Part shown: piece after piece, positions 13,692 through 27,076 of the stretch
Position numbering within the stretch: the first letter of the stretch is position 1
Layout: each line of letters opens with the position of its first letter
Source: Lingula anatina
Lineage: Eukaryota > Animalia > Brachiopoda
Assembly: GCA_051362555.1 (NCBI GenBank)
Contig: CM120644.1
Location: 2,426,954-2,490,953, forward strand
Length of the DNA stretch: 64,000 nt
Reading direction: 5' to 3'
Made by a program: the position numbers and the translations under genes
The notes under the pieces: model-generated
Databases searched by the model: none
Told to the model about the DNA's origin: nothing
Seen by the model: the letters and a program-made list of their open reading frames with translations, nothing else

Positions 13692-15570
13692 AACTAGAGG
13701 ATCAGAGAGGCGATACCGCCTCCAAATATTGTACCACCAGCTGGAGTAAGCGCATTGGTATAGACCCCACACACACAAAAAAATGGACACCACCACCAGT
13801 CTTGTGTTTGACAAGCTGTAAAAAATGCAATCAACAATAATTCTCAAAATATGCAAAAAATATATATAACTGAAAATGGTACAATCAAAGTTCAGTTCAT
13901 TGTAAGGTAGGTCAAAGGTCAAATTCAAGGTCACAGTAAATTTCAAGTATATAACTTCTTATTCAAGTTCAATAGTAACTATGGACCTATCTCTGCCAGT
14001 TTTGGAGATAAAAGGGAACCAAAATGTGTAAAGTTCAATTCATGATGAAAAGTAGGTAAAAGGTCAATTTTAAGGTCACTGTAAATTGCCTCTAATGACT
14101 TTCTATTCAAATTCAATAGTAACTATGGGCGTATCTTTGTCAGTTTTGGGATAAAAGGGAACCAAAATTTGCAAAGTTAAGTTCATGGTGAAAGGTAGGC
14201 CAAAGGTCAATTTTAAGGTCACAGTAAATTGTCTATAATGACTTGATATTCAAATTCAATAGTAACTATGGGCGTATCTTTACCAGTTTTGAAAGTGGAA
14301 GCATTAAAAAAGGTGCAAAGTTTAGTTTATGGTGTAAAGTAGGTCAAAGTTCAATTTCAAGGTCAGAGTAAGATTACCAGTATATGACTTCCTATTCAAC
14401 TTCAATAGTAAATATGGACCTATCACTGCCAGTTTTGGAGATAAAAGGGTACCAAAATTTGAAAAGTTCAATTCATGATGAAAAGTAGGTATAAGGTCAA
14501 TTTCAAGGTCTCATTAAGATTGCCAGTATATGACTTCCTATTCAAATTCAATAGTTACTATGGACCTATCTCTGTCAGTTTTGGAGATATAAGGGACTAA
14601 ATGTTGTAATTTTGGAGTTACAATAACGTGCCATAAATTTCCTACAGAAAAAATTAATTAAAATAAAGAAAAGGTCATTTTGGTTGAAATTCTTGAAATG
14701 GGAGTTGCTCAGAAGTTCCAGATGTTCAAATTTCATGAAATAATGTCATTTTTTACCAGAAGTTGTCTGCCTCGCTAAGCCCTATGTTTTATTTTCCCGG
14801 GGTTCAAAGTTTATTATCCATTACCGTACTGCACATTTTGCCTTCACCACCAATATGTACTTTTTGATACAGCGTAACTCGAAAACCGTATGGAATACAA
14901 AAAAACGGAGACCACAATTATTGTTGGGCTTTACAAGCTCTACAAAATGCAAAAAAAGAATGGTTCTCTAGCATTAACGGTTCCCGAATTAGAGACAGTT
15001 TTCAGTTTCGGTATCTTATGGCCGCTACTCCCGTGAAAATGCACCGATTGACCCCAAATTCACGGAGATGAAAGATGACCCAAAGGGTAACACTTTCCAA
15101 TAATATTTTTGGTTAAGTCTGTAGTGTCTGAATAACAGCGCCAATAATTTTTTTTCGTAAAAAATTTCGTTTTTTTTTAAATTTTGGCCCGTTTGACCTT
15201 GAAATTAAGGTCAAAGGTCAAATCCAAGGGCATATTTGAAAACTACACATATGACTTTTGGCAAGCCGTCTGTAGAAATTTTTCCCATAATTCCTTCCGT
15301 AGGGTAGATAATTAGCATTTAATTTTGCCATTTTTGGACAAGGGTGCATTGCAATGAGTGCCACACCTAGACTCCAATACCGACAAAGCCCAAATTTTAC
15401 GTGGAACGAGTTGAGATTATTGGTGACCTAAATCCAAGAGATGGGTACGGAGGCCCTTACCGTCTAGGAGGAGAAGCGGTAACGGTAACATGGCGGCTGA
15501 GCCGGCAGAAAGATCCGGACGGGACTAAAACCATGTGTACCGCCAGCGCCAACGCTGGTGGTACAATAAT
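13692..15570. mobile_element. Helentron-associated (HINE/DINE-1-like) non-autonomous element with internal ~120-bp tandem repeats
   Basis: Subterminal inverted repeat attgtaccaccagc (13728-13741) / gctggtggtacaat (15554-15567); terminal hairpin gtaccgccagcg-ccaa-cgctggtggtac (15537-15564); about six aaaggtcaa...aatagtaactatgg units at 13880-14600. Confidence 0.7.
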
Positions 15571-15659
15571 ACCATGTTTGCAGACTATCGATGTACGGGA
15601 TGAATTAGTGAGTACGGCTCTCGGCCTATTGATTGTTATGGCAGATTAATACATGTACA

Positions 15660-15819
15660 GCGAAACTGGCCCTCTCTGTGAGAAAGTAGAAAGTTTCCAT
15701 TTGATCCCTTTGCTACCACCAAAGATTCTGTGTTTCCGTGTTATCACCGCTGTCTTCTACAGAACTACGCACAGCTAGACGTGGGTTCAAATCTTGAGAT
15801 CTCCACTGTGATTTTTCTT

Positions 15820-15868
<49 letters not shown>

Positions 15869-18060
15869 TGAAATAATTTCTAAAATTTTCGTTTGATTAC
15901 TATAAGAGGAAACTCGTAGGTGCGGAGGGTGGGTAGGTCAGTCACAGCGCAGTTGGTAGAGTGCTTGCGAAAAAAATTGTTGCAAAAAAAAAAAAACAAA
16001 AAAACAAGCAATCAGAAAACCATGGTGACAGCAAGGCACGAGTTCAAATCCCAGGTGACGCATGTCAATTCACCTCAACAACTAGCTGGCCCGGTGTACC
16101 ATGAAAATCTGACTCCCTTAAAATGCGACTCCCCAGTCAGATTTTCATTATGAAAATGTGACTCCCCCTATGAAATTTTGACTCCCCCCAAAAAAACATT
16201 CACAAATCTCATTTAATTTGAGTAAATGACTATGATCTTGTTGTATGCATAATGGAGGACACATTGGCACTTTTTGTTAGTTTGCAGGTGAAAATTTTCA
16301 TGAAAAAATAAAAAAAATTAAAGATTTGTATTTTACCACCCAAGACTCCCCTATGAAAAAGCTTTTTATTTGACATCTGATGACCATTTCAACATCTTTT
16401 CTGTGAGGATACTTTATGAGGAATATATTGAAAGTACTTGAAAGTTTGATGGTTAAAAAATTGGGTGAAAAAAAAAACACATTAAAAATAAGAAAAATTA
16501 AAGATTTATATTCTAACACCCAATGACTCCCCTATGAAAAAGCTATTTATTTGATATTTGATGATCATTCTGACATCTTTCCTTTAAGGATACTTTATGA
16601 AGAATATATATTGGAAATATTTGAAAGTTTAAATGGTAAAATGCTGGGTATGCTATATAAGAATTCAGTAAAAATGCGATGGGGCCAATTTCTTGAGTTA
16701 AAAATGTAGCGTTTTGACATGGAAGTGCAAAACCTACAGGTAGTAAGATGAATACTTGTTTTAAAGATATTCACCAAAATTTTCACCACCAAACTTTCAA
16801 ATAATAACAAAATGTACATCTCTGTGCAAACTATGTGGAAAACAATGGTATGGTGACTGAATATAAAATAGGTCTTTTTCTTCATGGGAGTCCAAATCTC
16901 ATGAGTATAAAAATGAAGATTTTCATGATTTCTTTTTCATTATTTCACTCATTATTTTATCATCAAACTTTTAATATTTCCAATATAGTTTTCATAAAGT
17001 GTCCTAAAAGGAAAAGTGTTGAAATGATCATCAAATATTAAATAGATAGCTTTTTCATAGGGAGTTATTGGATGATAAAATGCACGTTTTTAATTTTCTT
17101 ATTTTTCATGTTTTTTTTTTTTTTTTAATTATTTGTTTTGTTTTTTCACTCAATATTTTACCATCAAACTTTCAAATATATCCAATAAAATCTTCATAAA
17201 GTAAAAGTTAAGGAAAGGTGTTGAAATGATCATCAAATATTTAATAGATAGCCTTTTCATAGGGGAGTTATTGGGTGATAAAATGCACATTTTTAATTTT
17301 CTATTTTTCTTGTTTATTTAGTTTTTTCACCCAATAGTTTACCATCAAACTCTCAAATATTTCCAACATAATCTTCATAAAGTTAATTTAAAGGAAAGAT
17401 GTAGAAATGATCATCCAATATCAAATAAATAGCTTTTTCATAGGGGAGACAATGGGCGGTTAAGTGCACATTTTTAATTTTCTTATTTTTTCATGAAAAT
17501 ATTCACCTGCAAACTAAAAAAGTGCCAATGTATCCTCCATTTTACATACTACAAGATCACAGTCATATACTCAAATAACATAAGATTTATGAAGTTTTGT
17601 GGAGGGGGAGTCAAATTTTCATGGGGGGAGTCAGAATTTCATTATGAAAATCTGACTGGGGGAGTCAGATTTTCATGGGAGTCAGATTTTCATGTTACAC
17701 CGGCCCTATACGTGACAAAGTAGAAAGTTTGCAATTGATCGAGCGCTTGTAACGAAGCCTCCCTGGCTGCGTGGTAACTACGCTGACCGAGATACAAGAA
17801 AACTATCCTTCGTGGGTTCGAATTCCACAACGTCCGCAGTAACTTTTGCTAATAGAAATAATTTCAAATTTTTTGTTTGATTACTATAAGAGGGATCACG
17901 TGACCACGGAGGGTGGGAGGGGCACTCGCGGCGCAAACGGTAGAGTGCATGGCTGCTAAAACATCTAAACCCATCATCTACCATGGTAACGGGTGTCACG
18001 AGGGCAGTCACGAGTTCGAGTCCCAGATGAGGCGTGTCCACCTACACACAGCTGCGAGCT
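15660..18060 (+). repeat. Two copies of a tRNA-derived (Pol III A/B-box) SINE-like unit, the second interrupted at its start by a foldback MITE
   Basis: A-box-like cagcgcagttggtaga (~15945) and ggcgcaaacggtaga (~17930); B-box-like gggttcaaatc (~15783), gagttcaaatc (~16040), gggttcgaattc (~17814), gagttcgagtc (~18012); shared gtga.aaagtagaaagttt heads at ~15678 and ~17712. Confidence 0.5.
16092..17702. mobile_element. Foldback MITE with long internal inverted repeats
   Basis: TIR cggtgta(c/a)catgaaaatctgactccc at both ends; repeated subterminal tgaaaatctgactccc motifs; arms are reverse complements over several hundred bp; apparent GCC duplication at 16089-16091 and 17703-17705. Confidence 0.85.
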
Positions 18061-18570
18061 GGCCCCGGGATCGTGAAGGCGCGAAAACGAATGCAGGCTC
18101 CCCTGGGTCCGGTCCCAGATGAGGCATGTCACCTGGCCACACCTACGAGCTGGCCCCGGGATCGGGAAGGCGCGAAAACGAATCCAGGCTCCCCTGGGTC
18201 CGGGCAAATTACCTTTTGCATAAAAAATCCGGTATAGTTTAGCAGAACTGATCGATTGGACAACGATCTATTGCTGGTGGTTACCATAAAGTCAACGCCA
18301 ACAATTTTCTTTAATGATGCTGAAGACACGAAAACGAATGCAGGCTCCCCTGGGTCCGGTCCCAGATGAGGCATGTCACCTGCCCACACCTACGAGCTGG
18401 CCCCGGGATCGGGAAGGCGCGAAAACGAATGCAGGCCCTCCTGGGTCTGGGCAAATTACCTTTTGCATAAAAAATCCGGTATAGTTTAGCAGAACTGATC
18501 GATTGGACAACGATCTATTGCTGGTGGTTACCATTAAGTCAACGTCAACAATTTTCTTTAATGATGCTTA
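18050..18570. repeat. Nested GC-rich tandem repeat (~90-bp and ~240-bp units)
   Basis: cgagctggccccgggatcg...aaaacgaat recurs at ~18055, ~18146 and ~18393. Confidence 0.8.
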
Positions 18571-19139
18571 GGCGGGGATGGGCACTGATCTCTATTCTTT
18601 TACCAGCTACACAACAGATCAAACTTGAACTGAATCTATAGATTAATCGGCAAGACACCTTGCATGTCATGCTGCCCTTCATCTGAGATTGCCGTCTTCT
18701 CGGTGGGAGTATAAAGAAGATGTTGTTTTCTTTATTTATTTCAAAACTCTTGTCGCCGCTATTACTTTACCCAATCCTGCATTTTTATACCCTCCCTTCC
18801 TTTCTGGTCTGCTTATCAAGACTGTTCATATGGTCGGACATTACCCGGGGCAACTCCACAGTGGACATTGAAAAGGCAAAGACTACTCAAAACTTAAACC
18901 GCACTTATCGTGCTCTATTACGTCACGAAAAAAGATATAATCCAACGATTTGCGAAAAAAGTGACATCTTGGGTTCTGAGAAAAAAATAGCCTTTATTTT
19001 TGAATGTTCTATTTTATAATGCAACAGTATGGTAGTGGGTTGATATATACTAACACAAGATAAAGTGCACGCTGTTAAATTCACATTTCTCTTATGCCAC
19101 ATCTGCGGATATCACAGTTAAAGGGTGGAGGACTGGACT

Positions 19140-19534
19140 TTACATGATATGATAAACATAAACGATGCCCTTGTATCCGCAAAAATAGTCATCCGCTTTC
19201 TTTATCTCTACTTTCTTCCACAGCCCGTTGTCTTCGTGGATCTTCAGCCAGTCGTCCCAGCTCTTGCCGTCATATCCACATTCTGGGATGTGTATCTCTC
19301 TCGTTGCTATGACAACATACCCGCCTGTAAAGATAATCCATTCAGCACAATTTACAACAGGTAGCTACAGGTAATGCATGAATCATAAGTATTAGTTAAT
19401 ATTTGTTTTAACATTGTGAAGGATACGAATAGCATATCGTCTTTTATATTTAAAATCAATATCAGTGTGGTGTGAGTATTAATGCTAACAGTTCGTCAAT
19501 CACGATATATTTTCTCTAACCCAAACAGATAGCG

Positions 19535-19577
<43 letters not shown>

Positions 19578-21730
19578 CAAACCTTAACAGAAGCACGAAT
19601 ATACAGATAAACACGCATAAATGTACAAATAACCATACCAGATTTTGTTATCCTGATAAGTTCAGGCAAGCAACCAGCATTGGCGTTGCCCGCCGCCATA
19701 GTGCCAACACATACGACGCAGTCATAATGACCTAAGACATTTCAAAGTTGTAATAAAAATTATAAAGGAAACAGACTAGTTTCTCACTGGAATATTTTTG
19801 TAAAAGGCAACTCACCAGCCCGATGAGTAACCCCGCAAGAAAACGCAGTAGATACTCCAGCGCAGTAGACTACTGCAATCATACTGCAAACATGCTTCAA
19901 ATCTGCTTCAATTTGGGACCTAATTAGCATATTTGAAACATGCTTCTATCATGCTGCTAATCTACTGCATTTATGCTCCTCTCTGTACAAACCTATGTAC
20001 TTTTTGGAGTAGAATTGCAGTAGGCTATGCTGCATTTCTACTGCAAACTCACCAGCCCGATGAGTAACCCCGCAAGAAAACGCAGTAGATACTCCAGCGC
20101 AGTAGACTACTGCAATCATACTGCAAACATGCTTCAAATCTGCTTCAATTTGGGACCTAATTAGCATATTTGAAACATGCTTCTATCATGCTGCTAATCT
20201 ACTGCATTTATGCTCCTCTCTGTACAAACCTATGTACTTTTTGGAGTAGAATTGCAGTAGGTTATGCTGCATTTCTACTGCAAATATGCTCTACACCACT
20301 ACTGCGTTAATGCTTTTTTGCTATTTCGATACTACTGCATTTTCGTGCGGGACATGTCATTTATAGAGCGACTAAGCTTACATGTACGTACCGCCCGTCT
20401 ATTTCCAGTTAAGATACTTACTAGTATGTAAATGAAACGACTGCATTTTGAATCCCTTGTTCTCTACAATATTTACATATCGTAATTTAACTAAAAGAAC
20501 ACTAAAAGTATAACAGTAACTCCGATACGAAATAGTAATTTAGTACATGTATATAATGGTATCCGTCGACTCCAGAAGGCCTATATGTTACAAAAAAAAA
20601 TTCACCCTATATATAGGCGGTCCAGGGCGAAGGCTATGGCTTTGTCTATATGGATTCAATATCGCGCAAAAACAAAAGAACGGTAATACATGACCCGTTC
20701 AAACGAGCGTAGTTAATTTGGCTGAAGACCTCTCTATTACTACGTACCCACATTCAAATAACGTTGTTTCCTTTTTATTCTGTGTCAAGTAGGAAACTAT
20801 GTAAAACACATTTTGAATCACCTGAATCAATATCCAGTCTGTTTGATCCTAACAAATCACAAATAGTCCTTTTGTAATACCCTTTCTGATTGGCTATATC
20901 TAACATCGCCTGGCACCCGTCAAGAGCCTCCAGGTTTGAGAAACCGAGTTTTTGAAGCTGTAAAGTAAAGTTCCACACTATTAAAATTTGCAAATCCTTG
21001 GCCTTAGACTTGAACCCATCATCAGTGCAACCAGTACGTTTCTTTTACGTGAGTAAAATGAAATGCATCTAATAATAATTTTCCTGATTTACCGAGATTT
21101 ATCAAGATTCCGGACAACCATTGTTTTACCAATAGAAATAAAACGGAGACGGATCTCCACAGTAGAAGTCACCATGCCGTTAGGATGAAGAGAAGAAATA
21201 AAACCGACAGTCTCTCATTACCGTAGTTGAATAAAGCACTTACTAAGGCTTCTGGGGAGCTGTGGTCTTTGCCCTGTACTTCCAAACTGGGACGGATTAA
21301 GATGTATGTATACATCTAGAGAGAGAGAGAGAGATCTTACACGTACCTCTTTCCCAGACACCCCAGTGCCTGCTCCAGCGTCCAATATCAAAACATCTTT
21401 GTTGTCGCCAAATAACAGGTCGACTGCCCGGGCAACCATACCTGGTCCCTTGGACGGGAAGTCCTGTAAAATAATAATTTTTTCTTTCGTTAGTTTAAGT
21501 TGTGTCATTGTATCATTCCGCGTCAATGCGGATTTGTCTATCCTGTTTTAATACTGCTCCTTAATATCCTTTACTTTATCATTGGGTATAATTGGAATAA
21601 TTACCTCTTGGTCTTTATCATACAAAGGCGCCCACTGACGGTAGAGTTCCAAGGTCTCTTCTAAGCTGTTGGTCGCCGTGTTTGCACGAGTGGCCTTGGC
21701 CAATACTTCTTCTCTGTTTGCGGCTGCCAT
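19140..21730 (-). CDS. METTL27: METTL27/WBSCR27-like class I SAM-dependent methyltransferase, copy A (218 aa, 5 coding exons)
   Basis: Exons 21730-21605, 21463-21347, 20957-20822, 19731-19639, 19324-19140; all GT-AG, phases consistent, 657 nt. Motifs YRQWAPLYD, ILDAGAGTG (motif I), ALDGCQAML, YDCVVCVG, ELIRITKSGGYV. Confidence 0.92.
19537..19575. repeat. (TG)n microsatellite
   Basis: Direct reading. Confidence 0.95.
19810..20285. repeat. Near-perfect ~236-bp tandem duplication in intron 3 of METTL27-like copy A
   Basis: actcaccagcccgatgagtaaccccgcaagaaaacgcag at ~19810 and ~20046. Confidence 0.9.
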
Positions 21731-22297
21731 CTTGCAAAACACTGAAATGAACATATCACGAATTGCTGGATATTAATGATACACCTCTGCAGTGAAGTCC
21801 ACAGAGTGACACTATATAAAATGTATTAATGTAGATCAAGGTACAGTAAAATCCAGCAGCTTAATTTCCAAAAACGACTAATCTCCTCAAACCTTACCTA
21901 CTGATCTGGTTTAACATTATTGTAAGCTAACAGTGTATGTATAAACGACATGTTCTTAAACCCTTTATATTTTTATCTACATAAAGTGAACAAAAAAAAA
22001 AAACAGCTACTTCTCGAAATCTTTCAACATGTTTTCGTTACTCTAGTTGGCCTTCTTATCTGAACCTGTGGCACAGCACTGCATGTGCCTTGTCAGGACT
22101 TCCATTTACTGATACAGCTGCTAATTCTGCATTAACTACAAAATCCTTTTTATTTATACTGACAAAATTTTCTGACATCATACTTGTTGACTTTTCAGAT
22201 ACAATGTTTGGCATAACATCACACTTTACACATTTTGACTAAGTTTCAACAAAATAAAAGGATGTGTGACATCGATTTCTCCTGTACAACTGCCCTC

Positions 22298-22328
<31 letters not shown>

Positions 22329-23235
22329 ACGCTCGAACATGCAGACACACACACACATTTATATTAAATTACATGTAACACACACGACATCACATAAAAT
22401 CGAGATGTACATATTTAACAAATATCTAATTACAATAAAAAAAAATAAAACAAACCGAACATGAAAGATTCCTTCTTTAAACATCATTCTAAAACCTATT
22501 GTCAATGACGGACCCATACAACATTTTGCATTCGTACTGGATACTTACGTAGATCTGGTATATATTATGCAGAGACTCCGACGTTTCGTCCTTTATCACA
22601 TCCTCAGGGAACTGTGGCCCCATATTGCAGACGTCACGTGACCTGACACGTCAGTAGTCACATCGCATTTTAAACAAGAGCATAAGGTGGGTACTGTAAT
22701 CGATGTCTTGGTTAACTGTGCAATCAAGACACCATCTGTCATAATAACACATTACTTATCTGAATTCAAATATGCCCAGGTGTTGTTCAAGTGTAAGGGT
22801 ATATTAGATGTGATACATATGAGCAGTAGGGTTGCGTATCTGAAATATTCCACACTGCCAGAGTATCAGTGATTAGGTGACCCGTAACAACCTACAAAAA
22901 AGAGTTACAGGTCATATGCACCATTGACTGCATAGCTGCAGTAATTTAAGTGCCAACTTGACATATTGCGGAAAGTTCATACCCGATTCTCAACTTACAA
23001 CATCAAAGCACACGTAGGCAAAGGTCAGTTTTGAACCAGTTTTATAAAACGTACCAGCACGTGAAACATGCCACTGGTCGTGGTCAGCGGTGTGGAAAGT
23101 ACTATTTCTAGCAGTAAATTTCATTCATCATACAGTTTGTCATTGTCAAAATAGGGGGAGGGTGATATGGGTGTACGGGAAATTGACACCACACTTCTGC
23201 TGATTCAACACAATTCTTAGTCTGAATTCCCCTTA

Positions 23236-23295
<60 letters not shown>
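23236..23295. repeat. (ATT)n microsatellite
   Basis: Direct reading; similar tracts at ~11577, ~40907 and ~51720. Confidence 0.95.
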
Positions 23296-23296
<1 letters not shown>

Positions 23297-23549
23297 TGTT
23301 GTTGTTGTTGTTTTGTTGTAGTGAAGTTGCAGTAATTAGTTATTGCACTAGTGTTCTTATGACGTTGCCTTAAAATTAAATTCGTATGTCTTCTCACAAA
23401 AATGTTTGTAGTAGGCCTATATCTCTAGCATGGTAAGTATAATGCAGATGCTGGGACAGGGAGACACTGTAAGTAATATCAAAGCAGTGAACACATATTA
23501 TATAAGCATATAAATGAGTGAACATATGCATTTCAGGATTCTGTAAAAA

Positions 23550-25383
23550 ATGTCTACAGCAAACCAAGGGGATTTATGGACTTGCATCGCTGCAGCAACC
23601 CAGAATGGAAACAGCAGAGAGGAGTTGGCCAATATCTACGACAAGTGGGCGGCAGATTATGACAAAAGCATGGTAATGTACAGCTTTTTGATCCCATTTA
23701 CAGCAGCCGAAGTCCAAGAATATAAAAGAGGTCGATACACTTGTGCTAACAAAAATATTTCTGAAACTGAAAACTTGCATTTACAACAATGTGAAGTGTT
23801 CTCAGTATTGTTGTATTTGATATGCACTTTTATTAGTTGACATTAAAATCTGGATGCTACTTATATGACAGTCAGCATTATGCCATAGTTTAATTTCCTT
23901 AAGGATATACAAAAAGTTCACCGGACTGCACAATTTTCTCTGCAAGACGGGTTCAGATACATTCACACAACTTTCACGTCAAAAGCAACAAATGAAGATA
24001 AACCAATTCATAGACAGAATTGTAGGGAATAAATGATGATACAAACCAATCCTTTGTTACAGGGTTCTCTTTACAAAGGGGCAGAGATGAGTGCACAGTC
24101 AGTCGCTCTGTTGCTCGGAGAAAACAAAGATGCTCTGATATTGGACGCTGGGGCGGGTTCCGGCCTTGTCGGGGAAGAAGTATGTACTCTTTTGGCTAAA
24201 TAATTATTTAAAACTTCGAGTTAGTATATAGGCTCTTCAGACAAGAATATACCTCCGTTTTCATTATTCTTTTTCGCTCCATTGGAAACTTCCATCTGGA
24301 CGTTGGCGGTTTATATATTGTGACTTGACACCAAATAGAATAATCTGAGATTTTTCTTAGTTAAGATTTAAAAAAATATTTTCAGCTTCAGAAACTGGGA
24401 TTTAAAAACCTGGATGCACTTGACGGAAGTCAGGGGATGCTAGATGTAGCCAATAAAAAGGGAGTTTACAAGAGGCGTATCTGCGATTGGCTAGGACCGA
24501 ACAGACTGGATATTGATTCAGGTGCACTGCATAAATTGTGTTAGTTGTAGTTTCAAATGCGTCAATTAAGCAGTGATGCAAACCTTCATCATATTTTTCC
24601 ATTCAAGTGTAGCTTACAAGGGAGTCAATTTACTCGCTGCAGCATCGGCTTCATTAATTGATCAGTTTCCTTGGTTACATCTTTATATTCTCTATGACAG
24701 AATTCGAGACATAAAGCAGAATATGCTGAAGGTAAACTTCCGTGGTATACACAGTACAGCTTTGGTGACTTTATGCAAAACAATGCATTAATTAAACTGA
24801 TTTCCAGACCATTACGACTGTGTGGTGTGTGTTGGTACTGTGGCGAAGGGCAATGCCAATGCAAGCTGTCTTCCAGAACTGATTCGGATCACGAAATCTG
24901 GTATGTTAGGAAATACGCGTATATCTCCCCCAAAATGCTTTATGGAGATTATAAATTATGGTAGTATCTTAATTAAGTTCTGCGATTATATGATCCTCTT
25001 TAGTGCTTCGTGGTTTTAATATTTATTGTGCTCACTACATGTGTCGGTATTTATATAGCGACTCCGCAGGCACATGATGGTGTCACTGAATTGAAGGCAT
25101 TCTCATCTTAAATGTCCATGTAGGTAATAACTGATAGTAACATATAGCCCTGCGACCAATTGATGGTATTGATAATATATCTCGTATTTAAACAGGTGGA
25201 TATATCGTCATAGCAACAAGGGAAATACACATCCCAGACTGTGGGTATGACGGCAAGAGCTGGGACGACTGGCTGAAGATACACGAAGACAACAGACTTT
25301 GGAGTAAAGTAGATGTACAGAAGAAAGATGGGTATTTTGCCGATATCCATACTGGCATCATTTACATGTATCGCGTTCTATAA
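23550..25383 (+). CDS. METTL27: METTL27/WBSCR27-like class I SAM-dependent methyltransferase, copy B (218 aa, 5 coding exons)
   Basis: Exons 23550-23672, 24063-24179, 24386-24521, 24808-24900, 25196-25383; GT-AG, 657 nt. Motifs YDKWAADYD, ILDAGAGSG, ALDGSQGML, YDCVVCVG, ELIRITKSGGYI; same intron positions as copy A. Confidence 0.92.
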
Positions 25384-26079
25384 AGACATCCTACAGACAA
25401 TGCAATGCACATCACACATACATATGACTTAATTTTACTGCTTTTCGGCTGAACAATATTTTTTTTTCTTTCACACCAGATACAAAATACTGAATACATA
25501 GATAAAGAAAATATAATATACTCACACCCACGCATGCACATTCTGCTACACGAATTATAATAAAACTGCTCGATGCGAGTATCCTAATATATTTTTGCCA
25601 AACTGACTTAAAATAAGGTGTAACAGACAGTTTTTTATACTTTTCTCTAGGCCACCTGAAGATGAAAATTTTACAATATCAATAGATTTTAGCCTTATTA
25701 CTACTTATAGTAATATAACATGTCTTGTTTAACTAATGCATGCCACTTAATAAATTCATTGCTTCACCTCTATCCACAGTTGCTTTACGTACTCTTTCAC
25801 AATCAATAAAATTTGCTTGGTTGTTTATATGTATTATGCATTATGTACCTGTACTCCCCTGCACCCTGTCAAATCTTGACATGATATTTGGATTGCGCAT
25901 GGTGCAGGAGACATTGATAGTTTTATATTTGCATTCAGATATTTAAGTAAAGGATATATAGAATATGAAAAATGCCCCTCTTTAGTCCATAAAATACCGC
26001 AAATGGGATATGTCTTTCACTCCTCTATTAAATGCACTTTTAAAACGAACTGTCTTTCATTATTAAATAAGATTTGAAT

Positions 26080-26690
26080 AATAACCTCTGCCAAGGAGGT
26101 TATGTTTTCACCCCTGTTTGTCTGTTTGTTTGTCTGTCATCAACATAACTCAAATAGACACTTTACCAAGGTGTGTTTTGAGCACATACACACTGCGAAA
26201 CGCACTACATATACCTTGGCTTTTTCAAATCTTCTAATACGGCAGTGTTTTGTGTGATATATCAAGCCCGGAGGGAATATAAACTGTTAAAGACCCAATA
26301 ATGCCTTCAATATGATAACAGCTATCCCGTATTTAGAGGAGCATCCCCTTTCAATTTTACAATTGCTAGTTGAACATATTTTTATTTCCAAATGATAGCA
26401 TGGAACTTGATTGCCATGTGGGCTTCCAGGACAAAAAAGATGCTATTTAGTTATTGTGGCTCTACTCATTCTAGAATAAATGTACATATGTGACTGCAGA
26501 CTCGAATACACGTTTACTGAGTAGCATTTTGTTGACAGAATGGCACATGAAAGTTATAACTTATTACCGCCGCCAATGAGGTTATGTTTTCACCCCTGTT
26601 TGTCTGTTTGTTTGTCTGTCTGTCTGTCATCAACATAACTCAAAAAGTTATGAACCGATTTTGAGGAACTGTCAGAAGTGGGGCAAGGAA
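26080..26690. repeat. Two fragments of an interspersed HINE/MITE-like repeat
   Basis: gaggttatgttttcacccctgtttgtctgtttgtttgtctgtc...atcaacataactcaaa at ~26095 and ~26578. Confidence 0.6.
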
Positions 26691-27076
26691 TATATATTTA
26701 CAAGGGGAACAGGTCCATTTTGATCGACGGCATTGTTTGTCAATTGAACATATTTAGAAACCTTCTTTAAGATAGGAGTTAATTACAATTGAACAAAACT
26801 ATGAATTCAAATATTTTATTTAATTCGACTGAGTATTTAGCACTACAACCAGAACATAAAGGAAAAAGGAGAAACATCCCCCTATGACAGTAAACCGAAG
26901 CCGCACTTTACAACCTACGCTTCACGTGTAGCATAAACAATATTATAAATAATTGTTATGATATAGTTTAGAAATACACCTAAAAAGCTGTGGCAGATTT
27001 GAAAAATGGAAAAGTTAATAGTTAGCTTATAGGAAAAGGGTTACAGCCGAAATGCTTCTTCATTTAGCTTACATCA

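Noticed and set aside
15930-18030. Functional tRNA genes
   Set aside because: A- and B-box-like motifs are present, but spacing is too long and no acceptor or anticodon stems were found
24600-24735. Possible alternative exon 2 in METTL27-like copy B (YKGVNLLAAASASLI)
   Set aside because: Weak resemblance only, no motif I, and it lies in intron 3 rather than next to exon 2
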